Below the pieces are notes generated by a model, which was given only the letters and a program-made list of their open reading frames with translations, was not told where the DNA came from and did no database searches. From assembly GCA_000708835.1 (NCBI GenBank), contig DF237078.1, forward strand, positions 117,143-181,142: a DNA stretch of 64,000 nucleotides. The letters run 5' to 3'. This DNA comes from Klebsormidium nitens (Eukaryota; Plantae; Klebsormidiophyceae). Positions 35,401 through 46,691 of the stretch are shown here, in pieces (within the stretch, counting starts at the first letter, position 1; the number at the start of each line of letters is the position of its first letter). The position numbers and the translations under genes were made by a program.

Positions 35401-38400
35401 CGCTTGTCGCTCCCTTGCCTTTCGCCAAGGGAGGTGCCCGAGTACGGCACTCAACATGAGAAGGTCCACTTTCTAAACGGGTTCACATCGGTAGACAAAC
35501 TCGGAAGTGAACATGCTCAAGACCGAGACACTTTTGGGAAGCCTCGATCGTCCCGTCGCGCTCTTGGTGGAATTGCAGCTCACATGCACCCGTCTTGAAG
35601 ACCGGAACGGCTATGCACTCTTGGGCAGCAATCTCAAAGCCGGTGTTGCCATCTGCGACACACCGCAAACCCATTCTATTAGTGAAGGTCCACAGACGTC
35701 ACTGTCCGCCTCGGCCCTGCACTTACCTCCTGCGGTGCCTGCTCCGAGAACGCGTCCTCCCAGACCGGTGGGGCAGCCAACATCCGCTCAATGCTGGCGG
35801 CGCACCACTGCCCGTCCACTTGTGCCTCCACTCTAGTTACCGCGTGCAGCCCCTGCCCGTGGACGTCCACCTTGATCGGGCCCGCGCCGTTCTGGCCCGG
35901 CGACCCCGCCCACTTGAGGGGCACTACGCTGGTCGCCGTGCGGACCACGGTCGGCTCCGCAATCTGCAAATGGCACGGGAAAGAAAGAGCTGAGAAGCGG
36001 TTGGCTTGAGCGACCCAGAGCAACCGAACGGAGCGCTCGGAGCAATCCTCGCGCACTCAGCACTCAGGAGGACCTTTGGATAAGGTGGAACAACCAGGAG
36101 GACGAAAGAAATTGTCTGCCATTCAGTAAGCCCCACTGTCCGAGATGAAAACCGGTTGGCTTAAGCGAACCGTTGAAGACCGAGGGAATTGATGGACCAG
36201 TCCTGCAATGATGTGGCTACTCACCAGAGCTATCGAACAAGCGGAAATGATCAGAGGGACGAAATGAAATATACCATATGCTCGCCGTTCAATGGGTTTG
36301 AAAGGACAATGTGTGCCGATGGATGACGCCCACCTGTCCGAGCTCGATGTCGTCGAAGTCGATGGGCGCCGACCAGGGCAGCGCGTGCTGCCCGAGGACG
36401 GCGGCTGGAAAGGGGGATCCCTCGGCCATGGCGAGCGAGTACATGGCGTGGAATCGCGCGCGGTACTGCGCCATGGTGTGGCTGTGGAAGCGCTTCTGGA
36501 CTTCCGCCATCCAGCCACGCATGCCCGCCGCAATTAGCTGCTGGTACCTGGGGCCGGGGGAGGCGGGAGCAACAAATGAGCCGAAAGACGCAGAATAAGC
36601 CCACAGTTTTATTGCTTAGTGGGCTGCATCAAAACAAAATTGTAGCATCGGTTCGGATACTAAGAGCAGCTGGAAGGGCAATCATTTATAAACTTAATGC
36701 AGTGGCAAAGCTCAAGGAAGGACTTCGGCATGTACTGGGGACCGGGGCTGTCAGCGAATGGGCGTACTTAATATTTGCAGAGCACAAATGAGCGGGGCCG
36801 TTCTGAAGCTTCAACAAGGGTTGAACTTTGGTGGCTCGTGACGTCGAGGGTGCAAAGGAGACGGTGGAGCACTTGATTGAAGCAGCCAAACCAGAGGCTG
36901 GCGAAATACGCACGAGACAAGAGGCGAGGAAGTAAGACAGTCGTAACTCAGTCCCTTGAGAAGGTTGAAAAGCGTAACGCTCTACTCGACTCTGCTGGGC
37001 CGACGGACAAGTCGCCACGAAAGTCGGAAGAAGCAATCGAGGCCTCACTCTCCAGAACCAATGTGCTCCGCGTGCGTCGGCATCAGCAGGTAGAGGTGTC
37101 CGAACGGCACGTACGACGGCATCGGCACGCTCGGGATCGGAACGGACGGTATCGAGACGGATGGCATGGAGACGGACGGCATGCTGGGCATTGACGTCAT
37201 CACGGCGGGCATCCGGTCCCGGATCTGCTCCGCCCACCCCCACCCCCATCCGAGCGGTCCCGGCCCAGGTTGATCCGGCTCCACAACCAGGGTTTGAGGA
37301 TTCGGGTTCCGGATTTCGCGGGCAGCAGAACCGTCCGTGTTTAAGCTGTCCGTGGGCTGTTGCGTGCTCGGTACTATCCTAGCTTCTGCCGGGGCGCTCT
37401 TGACCATTTCGGGGGCCTCGGCGGGGCCAGTTTGCGGGGGCGCATCGACCCCCACGTTGCAGAATGGGAGGAGGTTTGACTGCCCAGCTCGACCGAGCTG
37501 CCGCCCGGCCCCTGCCTGTACTCTGCTCCACATCCCCCGTGCGAGCTGCACCGGTTGGCTGCTTCCTACTCGCTGTAAGGGAGTCTCGTCACGGTCTCGT
37601 TGTGAGGGAACCGTGTTGCTGTCTCCTAAGTTACCACCTTTGTACAAGGCCGACGCTAAATCCGAGTTCGTATTTACAGATTGGTTATGTACACTCTGCG
37701 CAGTTGATGCGACGTCCGGTGCGCCGATCGCACTTGCTGTGACCAAGCTCTCTGCAGTAGGATCCTGAACTATAATCTCCGCCGAAGGAATCTTCTCCCG
37801 TCCCGAGGGGTCGCTAAGTGAGGCAAACTTGGTCCCCTTGTTTGGAACTGCTCCCGTCTCCTCCCCCCGCTTCCGCTTCACCCAGGCTGCCGCTGCGTCC
37901 CTAGAATTCCCTACCAGGGGGGCAAGCTTCGGCACCCTCCAGAACCCCCTCTGGAGCGCGCCCCACAGAGGGGGTCCCGTTTTCCTGGTGTCCTGGCCCC
38001 CCGGGAACGAGGTGCTCACCAGCATGGCCGCTTGAGCTGCCAGCTCTTCTGCTTGGAGGCTGTAGTGTTGGAAGTAAGCAGGGGACAGGATGCGGGGGAT
38101 GATGTCCTCCGGGATGCAGAAGCTGCGGAAGTGGTGCTGCCAGCCGCGCTGGTGGACGTAGCTGACGCAAGCACACGAGAGATGACGTCATGATTGAGGA
38201 TGCGCAACTGGCTAAGAGATGTTCTCTACTCATTGAAGCTATTCTCAGGTCGGCTTATTTCTATTCGCCTCGAAGCAACTTGGTGCTTTGGGCCTCCAGA
38301 CATATGCTCTGAACCACAGCCTGCCAGAGAACGCCGAACTTGGATGCAGCGACTGAAACTTCCACTTTGAGTCTTGTTAAAACGAGACTTGCTTGATCGT

Positions 38401-40883
38401 AGTACAGGATTCCCAAGGAAGATGCAGAGAGAACAGTAGACGGCAAGCTGCGATGCGTAAAAGCTTCAAACACAAGCTGACTGGAGAACGACGTCGTACT
38501 TGCAATAAAGGCACCTAAAGAAGAGACCTACAACGATATCCTTGGAAAGTCTGCCTTTTCGACGTCCCGAGACTTGACATAAAGAGCTGAGAAAGTGTTG
38601 GTAGGCCTCAGTCCACTTGGCACCACCACAGAAAAACCGAGCTAAGTGAGCAGCTCTCACTCACTCCTTCAGTGCGGCGTTCCCCACAGGCGGCTGCGAA
38701 AATGTGATGCACTTTACGGGAACCCGCCGCTGGCCCGGCTTTGTTAGCGCCGCAGCTTTCAAGATCGCCACTGTCACAAGCACCGCGACCGCGCCACCGA
38801 GGGAGTGCCCGCACAGGACGAGGCGGCGGTTCGTTCGACGGGCGAGCCGGTAGATGTCAACAGCAGGAATGCCCCGGGCTCGAGCGAGAAAGCCCTGAAT
38901 AAGGAAACTTACGTGAGGCAATTCCTAAGCGCGGTTGTCAAAGTGGCTGTTTTATCGTCTCGGGTGATTGGTTGTTTTGAAAGAGATTTAGCACTATACC
39001 CGCGAGGAACGGTTGATCGGATCTGAAGGTCAGTCAGAAGGGAGCTCGGCTTCTAAAAGGCGTCCCAACCTCAGAATGGAGAGAAGGTGAGAGATGAGGA
39101 AGGCAGGGCCAATCAAGAAAACGAGATTTGCATTCGGCTAGTCTGCGACCAATCATTACGACCAAACCGTCGATCTCAACCGTTTGTTGAAACGTCGGAA
39201 ACCGTCAAAAATAGAAAGGCTGGAGAACATGTCACGAAGTTGGGGAGCCAGCAGCCAAAGCTCACTCGATGTACCAGGGGCTTCGAGCCTCGTTTCCTCC
39301 TCTTGCGGGGGGGAAGGCTTGGCCCTGCGCTGGCCCCCCTGGCTTCTAGGTCCGCGTCAAAGTCGTCGAGGTCCTCATCGCCCTCAAATAGAGCGTCTTG
39401 AAGAAAGTTGGCGTCTGCCAGAAAGTCCCTGCAGGGAAAGCACCGAAGTTACTAACAGATCCGACTTCAAAACCCAGAAAGATCTTGCAAACCGGCTTTT
39501 TGTACGACTTGCATGGAGAATATGCCATGAGAAACTTTCGAAGGTTGAATGATCCGACTTCGATATCAAGGTGAAAGGGGCTGACCGATTCCCTCCAGTA
39601 AATGAATCTTCGCTGGCTCAACAAGTTAATTCTTGGAAACGAAAGCTCGAGGGAGACTTGTCAAGCACACACTTCTCCAGGAGCTACCAAGAAAACTTAC
39701 CGTGCCTGCTTTGTCCCAATGAACGAAGCGAAGAGGGTGTCTCCAGCCTCCGCCAGCAGGTACCTGTGTCACCAAGCGGCCCTTCAGAAAAGGCAATTTG
39801 TATGCCACCAAAAACTTGAGGCATTACTTTGATTAGGCATTGAAATCAGAGTTGACAGGCTTCCTTTCGGTCAACTACGGAGGACCTTTATAAGGCTCAT
39901 GCAAACCGAGGCCCCATCGCACTCGGTCTCTATAGAGTGCATCGAAAGCAGGTGACTCGACCTGGATCGGAATCATCCTCAATCTGCATAAAGCAGTCCT
40001 ACTTTGGAAACGAGATTGATATCGACAGCGGAGGGCACCCACCTGTGAGGTGCGTGCTCCAGGGAAACCTGCACCCGCTTGAGGCAGACCAAGTCGCTCC
40101 CAAAATCGTTCCGGAACCGATGGAGGTGCCGAAGCATGTCTGAGACCGGCCTCTGCAGCGAAATGGAGAGAGGCCTCAGGGTAAGAAGGCGACATCGATT
40201 GCCCTCCAGGAGCTCCACAAGGTGATCATATGAATGCATCTCAAACGTTTTAAGGGTCTTGTCATGGACTCAGCTTATCTCAGCCAACACACAAGTCAGA
40301 CACCCAAAACCCTGAGACATGTGTACCTCCATCGAAGTAGTGTAGCAGGCTACTCTAGGAAGTGGCCCGGTTGAAGGACGCCGGTTGATTTGGGCAGCGG
40401 TCCCCGAAAGCCATTAGTCCCATCAAGAGCCGCACCACCCCAGGAGCGCCAAATGAAACCCCACACGAATGCTTGTGACTGGTTGAGTGTCAAAAGCCCT
40501 GGCCCAACTCATTTTGGGCAAAATACGAGTCCTCCAACAGCGCAAGCGTAATTCTCGTACAAGCACAGTCCCTGATTGCCTTGTTTGTGAAGTCCTTCTC
40601 GAAATTGCATGTACGTTAAGCCTGTCACCTTGTAGGCGCACTCTGAGAGGACCATCGCCGACAGGATGTCCCGCAGGTCGTCTACGCTCTCCGCGCGCAC
40701 GCTCGCAGCTAGCTTCTGCATCCGCTCCGTCCGCAGCTGCTGGCCGGTCTTCTCCTCCTCTTTCTTCTTGCCCCACATAGAGAAGGGCCGCTTCAGGTGG
40801 TCCCGCCAGGGCCATGGCCGCTGCTCCGCCTGGAACTGCGCCACTCGCTCCTGTACTTGTGTCAACCAGTCCGGAAGGGGCAT
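32420..40883 (-). CDS. Class-3 lipase family protein with a C-terminal P-loop NTPase/GTPase-like domain and a terminal hydrophobic anchor (~1296 aa)
   Basis: Exons 40883-40629, 40152-40043, 39763-39701, 39428-39266, 38894-38665, 38161-37049, 36547-36334, 35963-35727, 35082-34549, 34086-33910, 33625-33006 and 32594-32420, all in phase. Lipase elbow LVLCGHSLGGAVA, motifs MVLSECAYKRP, CITFSQPPVGN and PSYVPFG, Walker A GLEGAGKTS, and LAVTNKF (G4-like). The architecture resembles the recalled Arabidopsis At3g07400-type family. Confidence 0.93.
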
Positions 40884-40910
40884 GTTCACTTCTGCTCAAG
40901 ACGCATTTTC

Positions 40911-41775
40911 ATGACTGGTGTAGGTAGTGGAGGGCAATTGGGCTATCCGTCAACACTTGTGTGTGTTGCTGATCAGCAAAGGTTGGGCGGTGGGAGCTGC
41001 TGGTAGCTTAGCTGTGCAGCCAGAGGGATCACTTACAAGGCCCCAAAGCTCCTGCTACATTCTCCAGGATCAATGAGAAGATCGTACAGCGGCACTTCCT
41101 ATTGAAGAGAAGTGAACAACCGGGTCCAATGATCGCAACGTCGCCTTCGCTTCACTCGGCGCTAAGTAGACTCACAGTTGCTGCAAGGAGATAGTTGTTC
41201 CGCTTTCAATTTCTATTTGTGGATAATGCCATTGATGGGCGCTCGTGATAGAATGGAGCAGGCTTCTCACAGCTCGAGATTTCATCAAGGTTTCTGGCCA
41301 TGCCATTGATCATGATGTTGGCAAGGAGAGGTACCTGCTCTGTCGTTATAAATACGGTTTTAATTACATAGCTGAACGTATTTCTTCTGAATTGATGTCA
41401 TGGAGCCGGGACCGTTTCATGATCGAGATTTGCTGTGAAAGGGCCCTCGGGTAGAAGTAGAAACCGGCTTGTTATGTGAACATGGGTTTCTCTTGACACA
41501 TGCTTTCACGTAAAAGTTGCATAGCTGCTCAAGCTGTGTGGTGAGCTGCTTTCAAGTTTCACTGTCAGCTGTGAGTCTTGAGTCCGACTCTGACTCTCAG
41601 TTCATTTAGAATTTTGATTGCTCAAGAAACTTTGAAAGTTGGCAAGGATAACACACATAAGGATAAGCGCTGCTCTCTGAGTCTCTAGCTTCAGCTGATA
41701 GGGGTGAGCTGCAAGAAGCTCGAGGGTTGGGATATTCGTTTCCTTAGGCTGAGGGAAGCCGTTGAGAGATCTTGA
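40911..41775 (+). CDS. Candidate spliced small upstream ORF (~66 aa) ahead of prefoldin 1
   Basis: Segments 41068-41111, 41273-41330 and 41748-41775 have pyrimidine-rich AG acceptors and join in phase to give INEKIVQRHFLLKRTRDFIKVSGHAIDHDVGKERLREAVERS*. The possible first exon 40911-40981 and the donors are weak. No family recognised. Confidence 0.3.
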
Positions 41776-41958
41776 TCAGACGCTGGATGAAGCAGGCGGC
41801 TGGCTTGTTTCCGGCCTCTTTGAGAGGGTAAGCTGCAAGGAGCTGCTCGGGTATCAGCTTGGCGTGTTGTTGCTGAAGCGGCATCTCTGCAGTGACACCA
41901 ACAGAGCTGAGCTGACGAGTAAAGCTGTATCTGAGCGCCCCTGCAATTCTGAGCAAAG

Positions 41959-43719
41959 ATGGAAGCTGAAAGTCAGAAGGTGAGTTACAGCGATCCATTC
42001 AGTTTTTGCAGTGGTGGTATGTCAACTGACTCTGCTTGTTGCACACATGAATCTTTGAGGCCAGAATGCAGTTGCCTTCTGATAAAACTCTTTTGCCTTG
42101 AACCTGATGGTGGTATGATTGCGCTCATGCTGAACATACCTTCATTTGACAGGCATTTGAGGAACTGAAGAAACGGATGTTTGAAGCAACAAGCAAACTG
42201 AGGCAGGTGAGGGACTTATTGGGTGTGCCACTCAAGATTGCCCTGTGTTGGGTCAATTTGCGAGCATAAGTGGGGATGTCCTCTACTTCAAGCGAGGGGG
42301 AGAATTGAGAGAAGCTCAGGCTCCTCTCATTGAGGTGCATCTAGTTTGGGCAAACAGCTATCTCTCTACACCCCCACCGTCGGGATGCACTCCTGACCGC
42401 TTTCTTTGCTCTGAATGGAGACACAGGCCCATCAATTGTCCCGTCCTGAGCTGGGAGTGATTGAAATTGAATGAGAACTTTCTCTAGTGGTCACAGCATA
42501 AATCCCTCCTTAACGTAGCATACATAAGTCCCGGACAGAGCGCCACATGCCTTCACTTTTCTCAGGACTATCCAACCAGAGTGTTCGGGCTCTTAGCTAG
42601 TCGAAGTGACACTTGTTGCAAACTCTCCGTGCCCGGCTGACAACAACGCTCAGTTAATGAGGGCTGAACCAGTGTGTGGCCCCAGATATGCTCAATGAGG
42701 CATTCATGAATAGCTCTGAAGCGTCCGCCCGTCGTGCGGCCTTTGGTGTGTAATTGTTGAAGGCTTGAGTGAGTCCCATGTCTGGCACTTCCAATCTGCC
42801 GGGTAATTCTTGTTTGTCCAACTTCTTACGGTGGTCTCTGCTTGTTTTTCACAGACACAGGCGCAGATTACGGTTGCAAACCGCAGCATAAAGAAGGCAG
42901 TCTTAACGGGACAAGAGCTTCAGCAAGTGCCAGAGAATACCAGAACGTACCACTCTTTAGGTGAAGGCCAGAGCAGCTTCCCTCCAACTGGATCTTTTGA
43001 TCTTGGACCAGCAACCTCTGTGATTGGCTGTTCTAGAATGGCGATTGTTCCTGACTCAATGCATCATTTCTCGAGCTGTTGTTTGTTTTTTAAGGAATCG
43101 AGTGCTCTAACCAGTCTCCTGCTCTATTTGCATGTACGTGGGGTTCTCAGGCAAAATGTAAGTCCCCAAAATCCATATCTGGTGTGGTTGACGCATCTTT
43201 CTATTGCATCTTCCAAGACGATATTTTCTCCCCACTGTATCTTATTCAGTATGTTTACCAGCCCTGGATCTGATTGAGAGCACTTGTGCCCTGCTGTTTC
43301 ATGAAGGTCCTTGTTGCTGATCTCTAAACTGGTGTTTGCAGGTTTGTTCTTGAACCAAGGAACAATCTTCTTATAGAACAGGCTGGGATGGTAAGGGAAG
43401 TAGAACAAGACCTTGAAAAACTCAAGGTGAGATCTTTGAGTCAGCCCCTTCTCGTATCCTTGCATGATACAACGGGGAAGCCTGGCTACTCATTCCCCTT
43501 TTGCTTGCTGAGAAGACGGGTTTGCTTTCGTAGCCTCTTGCAAAAGTGAAGGACCGTTCCTATTCATGTTGCTCACTCGTCTGATTGCGACTCTCTTTCG
43601 TTTCATAGAAAGCCCAAGAGTATCACGAGAAGGAGCTGAAGGAAGTCGAAAGTGCTTTCAAAGAGTTACTGTCATCGTCACCTGCACTCGCTAGGGAGAT
43701 CTTGGCGGCACAGGGTTGA
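41959..43719 (+). CDS. PFD1: Prefoldin subunit 1 (127 aa)
   Basis: Exons 41959-41979, 42153-42206, 42855-42960, 43151-43157 (7 nt), 43342-43426 and 43609-43719 total 384 nt. The product MEAESQKAFEELKKRMFEATSKLRQTQAQ...VPENTRTYHSLGKMFVLEP...QEYHEKELKEVESAFKELL has the beta-prefoldin Y.S.G.MF hairpin between coiled coils. Confidence 0.93.
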
Positions 43720-44867
43720 AGGTAGGGGTTACGCAGCTGAATCCCGGTCATACGGTCGCATAGTGACGTACAAAAGTGACACGGTTTTCAGTTGCGCTGT
43801 GACACACAATATAGGCTCTCGGCGCTGCACATGTCCTTTGTGGAGGACGCAGGCTACTCGTTTGTGCCGGAGCTCAAAAGGCGGCTTGGAATGGCCCGTA
43901 GATTATTGATCGTGGACTTGTGACGCTTGATCTAGAGTCGTCTTTGCGGTTGCAAGTTTGTCACGCTCTATTGATATTGCATACTGGTCTCTTCGAGGGC
44001 GCTCTGAACGACTACGCATATTAAGTGGTGTAGTCAAATGAAGGTCAGCTGCTGCTTCCAAATTTCGCTGTATGCAACTAATCAAAGATTCATTGACTGC
44101 GGCGAGGATGCACGTGGCCCACAAAAACCTGGTGCCGCCCAGTCAGCTACAACAAGATGTACAACATATCTCACAACGATTCTAAACCTTCACAGCGAGG
44201 GACCTTCGAACAGACCCTAAAAAACGGGTCAAACGAACAATTGATTGCATCAAGTCTTTCAGGGTGCGGCGTATAGCTTTTGGCAGGGTGTTTGTCTCTG
44301 CACAACAAAACCCGGCCTGTGCCAAGAGCTGGAATTGATCATACAGAGGTGCCCTACCAATCGTTCGCTACATCATGTGCATACGTCTATAAAAAAAAGC
44401 TTAATTACTGAATAGCCGCACACACGCGACTACAAGAGGAGTAAACGTACATAATCACATTTGATTCGTCGGATTGCAGGCCCGGGTATACGGTATAGAT
44501 GCTCGACGACAGCTTAAGCCTGCTCACGATCAGCTTGACACTGGTGCACTGCAAGTGTATCCTTGCATGGCGGCCATCCAAGAAGCCTATATCTACCTGC
44601 GCGTCATGAATAAGATGAAAGGAACCTGCATCATATCAACGTGGTCGCCAGTACCTTTTTTTAGTGAGCTTGCACACATTTGTTGCATGACATGCATGTA
44701 CCATCGGAATTGTGATCTTGTATACAGCTACCGTATATCATTAATGGTGAAGTATAGCTCGACAGTCCAAAATGGCATGCGTCTCGAAAGACGGTTGCCA
44801 TATACTATTTTGTAGCTGGAATGAGTGACCGACATGACATGACAGTCATGGATACAACCAGCGACCC

Positions 44868-45290
44868 TCACTTCCTCATTGTAACTTTGCCGCCAATGAT
44901 CTTGTGCGCTGGCTTTCCACGGATCATGGCCGGCCTGGCGAACTCCGTGTTACACTGAGGGCACCGCAAGTCGCCCCTCGTGTAGTCTTTTGCTATTCTC
45001 TCCTCAAAGCACTTGACAAGGGAGCCTTTGCCTGCTTTTCTATACAGATACAGTAGCTCGTCACATCTTAGACAATAGATCTTTACGGTCTTTTCTGGAC
45101 CTTTTGGATTGGGCGCCTTGCTTACAATTGGGCATGGCCGTGATCTTCCATGGATTGTCCTGGGCCTTTGAAAGCAGACCGGTGGCATTGAGTTGAACTC
45201 ATTGCCAAGAACATTCAGGATCTTTTCTCTCCTGTATTGTGGGTACAAAGTGCAGCCAAGAAACTGCCTCAGCTGTGGCACTAGCACCAT
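44868..45290 (-). CDS. Intronless small zinc-ribbon protein with a putative organellar transit peptide (~140 aa; start uncertain)
   Basis: The C-terminal ~80 aa are compact and basic, with CLRC, KC and CPQC (PNPKGPEKTVKIYCLRCDELLYLYRKAGKGSLVKCFEERI...CPQC..FARPAMIRGKPAHKIIGGKV). The N-terminal ~60 aa are low in acidic residues, like a transit peptide. The frame stays open upstream to 45698. Confidence 0.7.
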   Translation of the reverse strand: MVLVPQLRQFLGCTLYPQYRREKILNVLGNEFNSMPPVCFQRPRTIHGRSRPCPIVSKAPNPKGPEKTVKIYCLRCDELLYLYRKAGKGSLVKCFEERIAKDYTRGDLRCPQCNTEFARPAMIRGKPAHKIIGGKVTMRK

Positions 45291-46101
45291 CGCCTTTGAG
45301 CAACTGGCTTTGCTGGAACAATCTGACGACTGAAAGGAAGCCGGACGGAGACAGCGAGTGTCTACGTCCTTAGCTCTTCGGCTTGTCGTACTCGACCTAT
45401 TAAAATGCTTACAAGTCTGAGGTACAAGCTCGTGATTGCAACGAGGCTCCTTGGCAAACCATCTGCTCGTATGGATACCCCAGCTCCAAAGACACGACTT
45501 TCCAACTAACATACAAGAGCCTGACATTTCTTTACCTGCTGAAGGCAACGACACATTCCCTGCTCCCTCCAGTCTGCAACCAAATCTAACACAAGCCATC
45601 CAAAACGGAAGACGAGCAGGCCAAAGGACACCACCAATCAGTGCTGATGATGTCCGCATGGGCTCGTAGCGCAGCGCACGGTCTCTCTCAAGAGGCACAA
45701 GCTTCCGATTGTAATGCTGCGAAAGAGCGACTGAAGGTCAACGGCACCAGAAGTTGAGAGCCGACATCTCCAGAGAGAGGACTTATGTTTCCTGAAGGCG
45801 AGATCAGTGCGCCCCATGAGCCGCCCTTGTGCAGCTTGCCCTATGCCTTGACAATGACATTGAATGGTTGCAGACTGCATGCACTGATGCAGGACATGGG
45901 TGAGCTGGCTCACAACCGGAGTAAAACCAGGTTAACGCCCCGGGTCAGGTCAGCTACCCGGGCGATGACGATGGGTGGCAAAGGGCTGTAGCTGGTCCAC
46001 CTATGCAATGAGCCGCATGGGTTAAGCGGGCCCAGTTCCCCGGTTCAAGGTGGTGGTTAGCCCAGCCAAAAGCGGATGGATGACCGTTAAACCACCACCG
46101 G

Positions 46102-46121
46102 NNNNNNNNNNNNNNNNNNNN
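46102..46121. other. Assembly gap (20 N) flanked by a short inverted repeat
   Basis: TAAACCACC lies just left of the gap and GGTGGTTTA just right of it. Confidence 0.95.
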
Positions 46122-46691
46122 GGTGGTTTATATCCTTGAAAAGTCAGCTTGCTGTGGAGTCTGGACTTGAGCACCAGAGTGCTCAGAGTGGACTGTGGAG
46201 GGCGCATTATTTCTCATTGCCCACACTACTAGTACCGTACTGGATCAAATCTGCAGCGCACCTCCATTGGCTCCACTGGCATTGATCAGAACACCAATGG
46301 TGACGCCAATGGCTGATTCGAGAGCACTCCTAGCAGCTCTGGCTTCATCATCTTGGAACCTAGAACTTGTGAATGCCTCAAGCTGGCGTTGGCAGTTGCA
46401 CTCCTTGGATAGTAGGCGCTGGCAGCAATGCAGGACCTAATTGATTTCAACAGGACATGTCAAGCACTGCCAGGTTTCCCCCATGCCCAATAAACGTAGC
46501 ATTAAGAAAATGTGGCGGAAAAAAATACTGGGCCAAGCATTCCTCTTTCACCTTCTTTTCAACACTGGTAACATCAGCCCACATTCATACAAGCCCTTTC
46601 AGCATTCCAAGCAGGAATCCAGGGAAACCAGGGGCTGTTTCAGGAAGGTGCCCGCCGCTAGCCCCTTCGCTGTCGGCCTCTGGGGGTCTTG

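Noticed and set aside
46250-46437. Minus-strand exon-like open frame (VLHCCQRLLSKE...GALQI*)
   Set aside because: No convincing start exon or family match. It may be 5' UTR of the Zn-ribbon gene, and the adjacent gap prevents resolution.
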